From positions 64,001 through 128,000 of the forward strand of contig CAWJZV010000027.1 in the NCBI GenBank assembly GCA_963847445.1: a stretch of DNA of 64,000 bases, in the 5' to 3' direction. The stretch comes from an uncultured delta proteobacterium. GTDB taxonomy: Bacteria > Desulfobacterota > Binatia > UBA9968. This document shows, piece after piece, positions 21,801 to 31,602 of the stretch. The notes below the pieces were generated by a model. It saw nothing but the letters and a program-made list of their open reading frames with translations, did no database searches and was not told the DNA's origin. Position numbers and translations under genes: made by a program. The number at the start of each line of letters is the position of its first letter. The stretch's first letter is position 1.

Positions 21801-24800
21801 CTTCCGGGTATTCGGTGATAATCATCAGCGGGTAGCGAAGTATGGTTCCATGCCGGCGCCGGATTTCCCAGTTCCGATCAGTCGCGGCGTGCCCGGCGGC
21901 CGGGCGATCGTCGATCGTCAGACGGTGCACATCCACGATCTTGCAGCTGGAGATCGACACGGAGTACCCGGCGATCAAACCGATCCAAAAAGAGATTGGC
22001 CAACGGACCGTGCTTGCGACGCCTTTGCTGCGAGAAGGCGTCGCCATCGGCGCGATCGTCATTCGCCGGATAGATGTCCGCCCGTTTACCGATAAGCAGA
22101 TAAAACTTCTTGAGACCTTCGCCGCTCAGGCGGTGATCGCCATCGAGAACGTGCGGCTGTTCAAGGAACTCGGCGAGCGCAACGCGGAATTGCGCGAGGC
22201 GCTGGAGCATCAGACGGCGACGGCCGAGGTGCTCGGCATCATCAGCCGCTCGCCGACGGACGTGCAGCCGGTGCTCGACGCCATCGTCGAGAGCGCCGCG
22301 CGGGTTTGTGGGATCGATGACGTGGTGCTGCGACTCCGCGAGGGGAACAGTGATGGTTCCGCGGGCTCATTTTGGTTCCATACCCATTGGCCGCGTCGAG
22401 ATCAGTATTGATGAGCCACAGTATCGCTGGATGCGCGAGCACGGCACGCTCCACGTTCCCGACGTCCGCGCGCAGAACGATTTTCCAACGTTAGGTGCCG
22501 TCAGCGGCTGGCGCACCTTCTTGGGCGTTCCCCTTCGTCAGCAGGGGGAACTCATTGGAATGCTGGGCGCACGTCGCACCGAGGTGCGCCCCTTCACCCC
22601 GGCGCAGATCAAGCTGCTCGAAACCTTCGCCGACCAGGCGGTGATCGCCATCGAGAACGTGCGGCTGTTCAAAGAATTGCAGGAACGCAACCGTGATCTC
22701 ACCGAGGCGTTGGAGCAGCAGACCGCGACGAGTGAGATTCTGAGTGTCATCGCCAGCTCGCCGACCGACATTCAGCCGGTGTTGGATGTCGTTGCCGAAA
22801 GTGCGGCACGGCTGTGTGAAGCGGCCGATGCTAACATTTACCGTCATTGATGGCGCTGGCTATCGGCTCGTGGCCTCACACGGATCTATGCCTATCGCCC
22901 GACCGCGAGTAAACCTAGACCTCTCATCCGGGGTCTGCCTCCAGGCAGAGCTATGATCGATCGAGCGGTCGTACACGTCGATGACATGTTCAGCCCGGAG
23001 GCGCAGGCGGAATTTCCCGAAGGCCGGACGTTCACACAAGCCGTCGGTCTTCGTACGATGTTAGTTGCACCTTTGCTCCGCGAGGGGGTTGCAATCGGGG
23101 CCATCTTTATTCGCCGCACCGAAGTCCGCCCGTTCACCGACAAGCAGATCGCGCTTCTCAAAACCTTCGCCGACCAGGCCGTGATCGCCATCGAGAACGT
23201 GCGGCTGTTCAAGGAATTGGGAGATCGCAACCGCCAACTTACTGAGGCTCTGGAGCAGCAGACCGCGACGAGCGAGATTCTGCGCGTTATCGCCAGCTCG
23301 CCGACGGATATTCAACCGGTGCTGAGGTGGTGGCCGAAAATGCCGCGCGGCTTTGTGATTCAAGCGACGCGCAGATCTTTCGCGTCGAGGGTGACATGGT
23401 GCGCAAGGTCGCGAGTTACGGCGTCACGGCCCCCGTCCTCGGAGTCGGCGAAACCCGGCCGATCAGCCGCGGCTCTGGGAGTGGACGCGCTATCCTCGAC
23501 CGGCAGCCCGTCCACATCCACGACAGCCTAGACGTGCTCGACGAAGACTATGCGGACAATAGGCGTGCCCATGAGCGCCTGGGTATTCGGACGGTACTGG
23601 CGGTTCCGCTTCTGCGCGAGGGCGTTGCGATTGGGGCCATCGCGATCCGGCGCACCGAGTTGCGGCCGTTCACCGAAGAACAGATTGCCCTCCTCAAGAC
23701 CTTCGCCGACCAAGCCGTTATTGCAATCGAAAATGTCCGGCTCTTCCAAGAACTCACCGAGTCGTTGGAACAGCAGACCGCGACGAGCCAGATCCTTGGC
23801 GTCATCGCCAGCTCGCCGACGGACATTCAGCCGGTGCTCAGATGTGGTAGCCGAGAATGCTGCGCGGCTGTGCGATGCAACGGATGCGTCATTCAACGTG
23901 TCGAGGGTGAATTGGCTTCGCGCCGTGGCATCCTTATGGGTCGATGCCGGCTGACGCAGGTCTGGAGGAGAGGTGCTCATTACCCCTGGCCATGCGCCCT
24001 CGGACGGGCGATCATCGACCGGCAGACGATTCATGTTCATGATCTCGTCGCGGAGGTCGAAACTGAGTTTCCTGAAAGCAGGGTCGCACCAAAAGCGTTT
24101 AGCGGGTCTCGGACGCTGCTTTGCGACGCCATTGCTTCGCGAGGGGGTATCTCTCGGTTCGATCATGATTCGCCGCACCGAAGTGCGCCCGTTTACCGAT
24201 AAACAGATCAAACTTCTTGAGACATTCGCCAGCCAAGCCGTCATCGCCATCGAAAACGTCCGGCTGTTCAACGAGCTCGATACCCGCAACCGCCAGCTTA
24301 CCGAAGCTCTGGAGCAGCAGACCGCGACGAGCGAGATTCTGCGCGTGATCGCCAGCTCGCCGACGGATATCCAGCCGGTGCTGGATGTGGTGGCCGAGAA
24401 TGCCGCGCGGCTGTGCGACGCGACTGATGCTGACGATCTTCCGGGTAGATGGCGACATCCTTCAGTCGGTGTCGCAGTACGGCGTGCCAGATTCTCGATC
24501 AGATCGACCGCACCGATCAGCTCGCGGTATGCCAGCTGGTCGGGCGTGCTTGATCGATCGGCAGACCATTCACATCCACGATGTTTGGCCGATGATGGAA
24601 ACGGAGTTCCGCAGAAGCCAAAGCTGCTCAGCAACGGACTCAAGTACTCGAACCGCTTCTCGGCGACGCCGTTAATCACGAGAAGGTGTTGCCGATTGGT
24701 ACTATCTTGATTCGCCGAACGGAAGTCCGCCCATTCACCGACAAGCAAATCGCTCTACTCAAAACCTTCGCCGACCAGGCCGTGATCGCCATCGAGAACG

Positions 24801-26084
24801 TTCGGCTGTTCCAAGAATTGCAGGAACGCACGCGCGAACTGGTGGAATCGGTCGAGGAATTAAAAGCGCTCGGCGAAGTCGGTCAGGCGGTGAGTTCCAG
24901 CCTCGATCTCGAAACGGTGCTTGAAACTATTGTCGCCCGCGCCGTCGATCTGTCGGGAACCGATTGCGGCGTCATCTATGAATATGACGAGGAAGAGCAA
25001 GAGTTTAATTTGCGCGCCAGCCATCAAGATGGAAACCGAGGCGGTCGAAGGCGCTGAGAGCGGCGCGCATACGGCTGGGCGAAGGGTCGGCGGGTCAGGC
25101 GGCGCGTGACTCGCGCGCCGGTGCAGATCCCGGACACGTTGGATACAGCAGGAGCGTACGGCTTCGCGGATCAGACCACTGCTCACCCGCCTCGGTTACC
25201 GCTCGCTTCTGACGGTGCCGCTGTTGCGCGAGCAGCAAATTATGGGAGGTCTGACGGTCTGGCGGCGGCAGGCCGGCGAGTTCGAGCCGGAAGTGATTAA
25301 CCTGCTGCAAACCTTCGCGACGCAATCGGCTCTGGCGATCCACAACGCGCGGCTGTTCCGCGAGATCGGCGACAAAAACCGCGAGATCGAAGCGGCGAAC
25401 CGGCACAAGTCGGAATTTCTCGCCAACGTGTCGCATGAGCTGCGCACGCCGCTCAACGCCATCATCGGTTTCTCGGAAGTGCTGCTGGAAAAGTACTTCG
25501 GCGAGTTGAACGACAAGCAAAATGAATACGTCGACGACATTCTTTCCTCCGGGCGCCATCTGCTGTCGCTGATCAACGACATCCTCGATCTGTCCAAGGT
25601 CGAGGCTGGACGCATGGAATTGGAGGTGACGACGTTTCACCTGCCGGACGCCATCGACAACGCCCTGTTACTGGTGCGCGAGCGCGCCAGCCGGCACGGC
25701 ATTAAACTCGACCAGGCGATCGACGAGCGCTTGGGCGAGTTCACCGGCGACGAGCGCAAGATCAAGCAGATCCTCGTCAATCTACTGACCAACGCGGTGA
25801 AGTTCACGCCCGAGGGCGGCCAGGTGAAGGTCGAGGCGAGGTTGGGCGACAGCGCGGTGATCCTGTCCGTCGTCGACACCGGCATCGGCATCGCCAAGGA
25901 AGACCAGGAAGCGATCTTCGAAGAATTCCGCCAAGCCAGCGGCAACTACGCGCAGAAGCGCGAAGGCACGGGGCTGGGATTGACGCTGACGAAACGTTTC
26001 GTCGAAATGCACGGCGGCAAAATCTGGGTCGAGAGCGAAGTGGGCAAAGGCAGCACTTTTACATTTACGCTGCCGATCGGATAA
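15836..26084 (+). CDS. Giant soluble sensor histidine kinase: 18 GAF domains + HisKA + HATPase_c (many indels)
   Basis: 18 QAVIAIEN-type GAF C-terminal helices counted; [15 protein letters not shown]-box, [22 protein letters not shown]; no TM helix seen. Confidence 0.85.
19092..22670 (+). repeat. Four near-identical ~500-600 bp GAF modules inside the kinase gene
   Basis: gaactcggcgagcgcaacgcggaattgcgcgagg starts at 19092, 20116, 21151, 22166 (spacing 1024, 1035, 1015 bp). Confidence 0.92.
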
Positions 26085-26169
26085 GAATATTATCCCGCAA
26101 AGGCGCAAAGACGCGAAGTTATGACGGAAGGACGACGGAGGTAAGAGTTCGAAAGGCGCAAAGCGAAGT

Positions 26170-26565
26170 TCGATGAAGAGTGCATCGGAACAAGTGTCTT
26201 GGATGCTGCGATTGAGGTGCATCGGGAGCTTGGGCCTGGGTTGCTTGAATCGACGTTTACGAGCAATGTCTTGGCTTATGAACTCGAGACAGCGCGGTAT
26301 TCCGTGTCAATCTTCAAGTGCCGATTCCGATTCGACTATAAAGAAATGACATTCGACGCGGCATACCGAGTCGATCTCGTTGGTGGAGGAAAAGAGTCAT
26401 CGTTGAACTTAAAGTCGTTGATCAGTTACTGCCGAGCTCATAAGAAACAGGTGCAGACCTATTTGCGACTTACCGGATGCAAGCTTGGTTTGCTGATCAA
26501 TTTTGGCGTACGGTCTTGATGAAAGCGTGTCGATGATTCGTGTGGTTAATGGACTCGACGACTGA
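26170..26565 (+). pseudogene. GxxExxY family protein (frameshifted or eroded; start unclear)
   Basis: AAIEVHRELGPGLLEST, YRVDLV, HKKQVQTYLRLTGCKLGLLINFG, RVVNGLDD*. Confidence 0.8.
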
Positions 26566-26635
26566 ACTTCGTGTCTCCGTGGTGAAAACTTCGCGTACTT
26601 GGTAGCAGGAGAATATATCCGAGAGCAGATCCAAG

Positions 26636-27014
26636 ATGGCAAACGAACTAATACTGATCATCGAGGACAATGAGAAGAACCGGAAGCTTGTGCCGCGATG
26701 TGTTGCAGGTGAAAGGGTATCGGACTATCGAGTCGGAGACCGCTGAGCAGGGGCTGGAGCTTGCGCGCAGCGAGGCGCCGGCGCTGATTCTCATGGACAT
26801 TCAGTTGCCGGGCATGGACGGGATCACGGCGATGAAGCAATTGAAGGCGGAAGCGCAGACGCAGAACATCCCGATCATCGCGATCACCGCGTCGGCGATG
26901 ACGAATAATCGGACGGCGATGTTGGCCGAAGGCTTCGACGGCTATCAGACCAAGCCGATCACGTTGAAAGATTTTTTCGCTGAAGTGGAACGGGTTCTTG
27001 CGGGGCGGAAGTAA
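26636..27014 (+). CDS. Single-domain response regulator (DivK-like), one indel near 26690
   Basis: ILIIEDNEKNRKL, LILMDIQLPGMDG, AITASAM, TKPI. Confidence 0.88.
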
Positions 27015-27709
27015 ATTCGAAGCACGAATTTCGAAATCCGAAACAAACAAGCTCAAAATTCGAATTCTGAAGGACCAAACTCGAAACAAATCCAATGAAA
27101 TGCGAAACAGAATCAATATTCAAAATGACATGGAAGTGACGACCAGAACGTATGAAAGAAAATCGCATCGGCCTGTACGATCTTGAAGACCGAACGTTTG
27201 ATTTTGCCAAGACGATACGAGCTTGTACCAGGCAGTTGCCGAAAACGTTGTCGAATTTGGAAGATATCAAGCAAGTAGTGCGTTCGTCCGGTTCTGTTGG
27301 AGCGAACTACATTGAGGCGAATGAGTCGTTGAGTAAGAAGGACTTCCTGATGAGAGTCAAGATTTGCCGCAAGGAAGCCAAGGAAAGCCGGTATTGGTTG
27401 CGATTGATCGACTCAGGGGACGACGCGGCAATTAAGAAGCAATGTGATCTCCTCGTCCAGGAAGCTACCGAGCTAACCAACATTTTTGGAGCAATTTTGC
27501 GTAAGAGCGAATAGCCATGGAATGCAAATTCGAAGCACGAAAGAAGCCCCGCGGACCGAAAGCAACCCGCGGATCGAAACAAATCCAATCAAGGGAGAAA
27601 CACAAAATCCCAAACGAGCATTTTCGGATTCCCGGTTTTGGATTTTCATAGTTTGAGACTTATTTGACTGCGTTTGTTTCGGATTTCGTGCTTCGGATTT
27701 CGAATTTAC
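27011..27709. mobile_element. ~700 bp inverted-repeat-bounded cassette carrying a four-helix-bundle gene
   Basis: 38 bp imperfect inverted repeats at 27011-27048 and 27672-27709 built from CGAA-containing heptamers; AT-richer than flanks; mobility is inferred. Confidence 0.5.
27152..27514 (+). CDS. Four helix bundle protein (TIGR02436 / 23S rRNA IVP / Avd-like fold)
   Basis: DLEDRTFDFA, QVVRSSGSVGANYIEANE, ICRKEAKESRYWL. Confidence 0.9.
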   Translation: MKENRIGLYDLEDRTFDFAKTIRACTRQLPKTLSNLEDIKQVVRSSGSVGANYIEANESLSKKDFLMRVKICRKEAKESRYWLRLIDSGDDAAIKKQCDLLVQEATELTNIFGAILRKSE

Positions 27710-27713
27710 TGGA

Positions 27714-28829
27714 ATGAATACACCCGCTAAAATTCTTGTCGTCGACGACACGCCGCGCAATGTGAAGCTGTTGGCCGATTTGCTGGGCGTGAAGGGCTAT
27801 GCGGTGGTGACGGCTGCGTCGGGACGGGAGGCGTTGCTGAAGATCGACGCAGAGCCACCGGATTTAGTTCTTTTAGACGTCGTCATGCCGGAGATGAGCG
27901 GCTATGAAGTTTGCCTGAAGATTCGCGATAATCCGGCGACGGCGATGCTGCCGGTGGTCATGGTCACGGCGCTCGATCCCAGTGTCGAACGGGTGAAAGG
28001 CATCGACGCCGGCGCGGACGATTTTCTCACCAAGCCGATCAATCAATCGGAGCTGCTGGCGCGGGTGAAGTCGCTGCTGCGCGTCAAAGAATTGCATGAC
28101 ATAGTCCAGGTGCAGGCGGCGCAATTGGCTGAGTGGAACAAGACGCTGGAATTGCGCGTTCAGACACAGGTGGAACAACTGGAACGATTGGAACGGCTCA
28201 AACGATTCTTCTCGCCGCAACTCGCCGAATTGATTGTCGCGGGCGGCGCGGACGATCCGCTCAAGACGCACCGGCGCGATGTGACGGTGGTGTTCGTCGA
28301 TCTGCGCGGCTTCACGGGGTTCGCCGAAACCGCCGAGCCCGAGGAAGTGATGGGCGTGCTGCGCGAATATCATGCGGCCATGGGCCAACTGATCATGGAG
28401 CATGAGGGCACGCTCGAGTGTTTCATCGGCGATGGCATGATGGTGATTTTCAACGATCCGGTGCCGGTGCCTAATCCGCAAGAGCGCGCGGTCCGCATGG
28501 CGCTGGCGATGCGCGGGCGCTTCGAGGAACTGTCCCGGGCGTGGAGCAAGCTCGGTTATGACATCGGTATGGGCGTCGGCATCGCTCAGGGTTACGCGAC
28601 CATCGGCGCCATCGGCTTCGAGGGGCGTTGGGACTACGGCTCCATCGGCACGGTTTGTAACCTGGCTTCGCGCCTATGCGGCGAGGCCAAGCCGGGGCAG
28701 ATTTTGCTTCCGCAACGGCTGCTCGCGAGCATCGCCGATCTCGCCGAGGTCGAACCCGTCGGTGAGTTGTCATTGAAGGGTTTTCAGCGCGCGGTTGTTG
28801 CTTACAACGTGCTGGGGCTCAAGGAATAG
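27714..28829 (+). CDS. Receiver domain + class III nucleotide cyclase
   Basis: ILVVDD, LLDVVMP, ADDFLTKP; VFVDLRGFT, IGDG, NLASRL. Confidence 0.93.
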   Translation: MNTPAKILVVDDTPRNVKLLADLLGVKGYAVVTAASGREALLKIDAEPPDLVLLDVVMPEMSGYEVCLKIRDNPATAMLPVVMVTALDPSVERVKGIDAGADDFLTKPINQSELLARVKSLLRVKELHDIVQVQAAQLAEWNKTLELRVQTQVEQLERLERLKRFFSPQLAELIVAGGADDPLKTHRRDVTVVFVDLRGFTGFAETAEPEEVMGVLREYHAAMGQLIMEHEGTLECFIGDGMMVIFNDPVPVPNPQERAVRMALAMRGRFEELSRAWSKLGYDIGMGVGIAQGYATIGAIGFEGRWDYGSIGTVCNLASRLCGEAKPGQILLPQRLLASIADLAEVEPVGELSLKGFQRAVVAYNVLGLKE

Positions 28830-29087
28830 GGACGCAAGGCGTGAGGGGTAAGGACTAAGAATTTCGCGCAAAGGCGTCCAAGGCGCAAAGTTGGCACACA
28901 AGAAAGATCCGAAGAATCATCTTCCGAAAGGCGTCAAATGACGCCAAGTTGACAAGAAGATAAATCCGAAATCTTAGCTCTGAGACTCCAATGACTAATT
29001 ATGGATTTTCCAAGCATAATGTTTGACAGGCATTTGAGTTCTGTTACGCATCTTTGCGCGATCTTCGGATTTCGAATTTGATTTCTT

Positions 29088-29804
29088 ATGGTTCAACCTC
29101 GTAATGCTTCCACTGTTGTTCTGCTGCGTCCCGATGAAATGGGCGGTTTTGAAATTCTGCTGACGCGCCGGCCGGAGACCATGCGCTTTCTCGGCGGCTT
29201 CTACGTTTTCCCCGGCGGTACGGTGCATCGCGATGATTTCTCTCCAGAGATGCTGCGGCGCTGTCGGCGTTTGACCGGCGCGGAGGCGCGGCAGATTCTC
29301 GGCAGTCATCACGAGCCGGCTGAAGCCATCGGTCATTGGGTGGCGGTGGCGCGGGAGTTGTTCGAGGAAGTCGGGATTCTCCTCGGGTTGACGAATCTGG
29401 CGAGAGCTTATCATCGCGATTGACGACGACACCCGGCGGCGGCTCGAGCAGAAACGCCAGGCGATCGTCAATAAGCAGCTGGATTTCGCCGGATTCTTGG
29501 AATCGGAGGATCTTTTCTGCGATCTTACACGGGTGGTCTACTTCGACCATTGGGTGACGCCGGAGATTTATTCGATGCGCTTCGATACGCGCTTTTATGT
29601 CGGCGATGCTGCCGTCGGGACAAGTTCCATTGACGCTGCTCAGAAGAGGTGACCCACAGTCTATGGATCAAGCCGGCGGAAGCGTTAGCGCGCATGAACC
29701 GGCGCGACTTTCCGATCTTGCCGCCGACCACCACGGTGTTGCAGGAATTTTCTCGATTCCCCTCCTGGGAAGATCTCAGCGCAGAATTCAAATTTAGCTT
29801 CTGA
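29088..29804 (+). CDS. NUDIX hydrolase (split by indels)
   Basis: VFPGG..., ARELFEEVG Nudix box; HWVTP..RFDTRFY in downstream frame. Confidence 0.8.
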
Positions 29805-29894
29805 AGAGCGCGTTTCTGCCTTGCTAGATCACGGTTGAACCCAGTAAAAGTATTGGGGTTGTTATCGAATCCACAAATCACAGGAGGAATTATT

Positions 29895-30398
29895 ATGGCT
29901 ACGGTTAAGTTCAAAGACAGCGTGCTGACCTTGCTCGGCAACGAGGTGAAGGTTGGCCAGGCCGCGCCGGATTTCAAAGTGCAGAAGAGCGCCGACATGA
30001 GCGACTATACGTTGGCGAGCGGCGCCGGAAAAACCAGGATAATCGCTACGGTGCCTTCATTGGATACGCCGGTGTGCGATGTCGAGGCGAAGCGCTTTAA
30101 CGAAGAAGCGAGCAAGCTCGCCAACGTCGAAGTCGTCGTCGTCAGCATGGATCTGCCGTTTGCGCAGAAGCGCTGGTGCGGCGCTTCCAGCGTCGATAAA
30201 ATCATCACCGCGAGCGATCATCGCGAGGCATCTTTCGGTAAAAATTATGGCTTGTTGATTTCCGGCGGGCCGCTCGATCGAGTGCTGGCGCGCGCGGTCT
30301 TCGTCGTTGGCGCTGACAATAAGCTCAAACATGTCGAATACGTCGGCAGCATCGGCGAGCATCCTAACTACGACGCTGCTCTGGCCGCTGCCAAGTAA
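29895..30398 (+). CDS. tpx: Thiol peroxidase Tpx
   Basis: VPSLDTPVC, SMDLPFAQKRWC, LARAVFV; GGAGG RBS. Confidence 0.95.
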   Translation: MATVKFKDSVLTLLGNEVKVGQAAPDFKVQKSADMSDYTLASGAGKTRIIATVPSLDTPVCDVEAKRFNEEASKLANVEVVVVSMDLPFAQKRWCGASSVDKIITASDHREASFGKNYGLLISGGPLDRVLARAVFVVGADNKLKHVEYVGSIGEHPNYDAALAAAK

Positions 30399-30431
30399 CT
30401 CTCGCAATCTGCTCCTTATTTAAGTCAAAGG

Positions 30432-30466
30432 GCCTGCCCGGCGGGTGAATCTTCCCGCCGGGCAGG
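30432..30466 (+). terminator. GC-rich hairpin after tpx
   Basis: cctgcccggcggg-tgaatctt-cccgccgggcagg; no clear U-tract. Confidence 0.5.
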
Positions 30467-30622
30467 AATCTCGCGCCTCATTCTCCTGTCTGAGCAGTTA
30501 ACGACTTAGATTGAACGCTCCTTTACTCGCGCTTCCCGTATTGAAAATTGCCAGTTAATGCTTATATTACCCTCCGGGCGTTCTTACGGAACGCTTAATT
30601 TTATTAGGAGGAAAAAATCATC

Positions 30623-31092
30623 ATGATCGGAGTTGGACAACAGGCGCCTGATTTTGAGCTGGTGAGCCACTTGGCTGGAACCAAGTTCACCCTGAGCCAG
30701 TTCAAAGGCCAGAAAAATGTCATGTTGGTGTTCTATCCACTGGATTGGACACCCACTTGAAGCAAGGAGGTTCCTGGACTCGAAGCGCTGAAAAGCGAGT
30801 TTCAGGGCTGCGACACCCAAGTTTTGGGTGTTAGCGTCGATAGCAGATTCTCCCATGACAACTGGGCAAAATCGCTGGGCGGCATCTCCTTCCCGCTGCT
30901 TCAAGATTTTCATCCCAAGGGAGATATGGCCAAGAAATATGGCGCATATCTCGAAGACAAAGGCATCACCGACCGCGCCACGGTTATTATCGACAAGCAG
31001 GGCGTGGTGCGTTACGCTGCATCGGTGACACCGGCGGGGAGCGCAATCCGAAAGATCTCTTGGCGGAATGTCAGAAGATCAACAAGGGATAA
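30623..31092 (+). CDS. Peroxiredoxin (AhpC/TSA family) with probable selenocysteine
   Basis: AGGAGG RBS, MIGVGQQAPDFEL...FYPLDWTPT-TGA(30758-30760)-SKEV...VLGVSVDS..DRAT in one frame; indel near 31035. Confidence 0.85.
30761..30808 (+). promoter_or_regulatory. Candidate bacterial SECIS hairpin
   Basis: Just 3' of the TGA: cctgga..ctc..cgct-GAAA-agcg..ag..ttcagg can pair. Confidence 0.55.
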
Positions 31093-31102
31093 GAGGCGGC
31101 CA

Positions 31103-31342
31103 ATGGCGATGGAACTTTACTTTTACAACGAATGCGGTTTCTGCCAGAGCGTGCTCAGCTGCATGACCAATCTTCACTGCGATGAAAAGATCGTCAAGAA
31201 GAATATTCGCGAGAGCCCGGACAGCGAAACGGAGTTGATTCAACTGACCGGCGCTAAAACAGTTCCGGTGTTGGTGGTCGACGGCAAGCCGATCAAGGGC
31301 TCCGAGCAGATCAATCAATTTCTCGTGGGCAAGTTCATGTAG
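31103..31342 (+). CDS. Glutaredoxin-like protein
   Basis: CGFC active site, TVPVLVVDG; own GAGG RBS. Confidence 0.85.
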   Translation: MAMELYFYNECGFCQSVLSCMTNLHCDEKIVKKNIRESPDSETELIQLTGAKTVPVLVVDGKPIKGSEQINQFLVGKFM

Positions 31343-31365
31343 CCGATGGCTGGATCAATATTGAC

Positions 31366-31400
31366 AAAAAGGGGACGGAAGCAATCCGCCCCCTTTTTTT
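31366..31400 (+). terminator. Rho-independent terminator
   Basis: aaaaaggggacgga-agcaa-tccgccccc-tttttttt. Confidence 0.8.
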
Positions 31401-31602
31401 GTAATTTGGGATTGGCAGGCTTAGCCGCGAAGAACGCAAAAATAAATTCGAGCTACTCCCGCCAAGGCGCCAAGTTAAATTAAAAGGCGAAGTTCTGAAT
31501 CCTTCGTTTAATGTTCGGCGCAGTGCATGTTTACTTCGTGAACATTGCCTAGCCCACGTCGAAGACTTGCGTCGGGCGCGGCGCTAGAATAACCAATCTT
31601 CT

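Noticed and set aside
16400-25350. Regularly spaced direct repeats as a CRISPR array
   Set aside because: Repeats are in-frame coding linkers ~510 bp apart, intervening DNA encodes GAF domains, and no cas genes are present
16036-25945. Long minus-strand ORFs opposite the kinase and other genes
   Set aside because: Antisense shadows of GC-rich coding sequence; they repeat only because the sense gene repeats
19092-27514. Diversity-generating retroelement acting on the GAF copies (NNC codon variation, Avd-like gene nearby)
   Set aside because: No reverse transcriptase or non-coding template in the window; copies also differ at synonymous sites, and third-position C is expected in a GC-rich genome. 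Action in trans cannot be excluded
30824-31342. Prx-glutaredoxin fusion suggested by the ORF track
   Set aside because: The linker looks out of frame; the alternative frame gives a natural Prx end (GERNPKDLLAECQKINKG*) and Grx has its own RBS, so one indel near 31035 explains it
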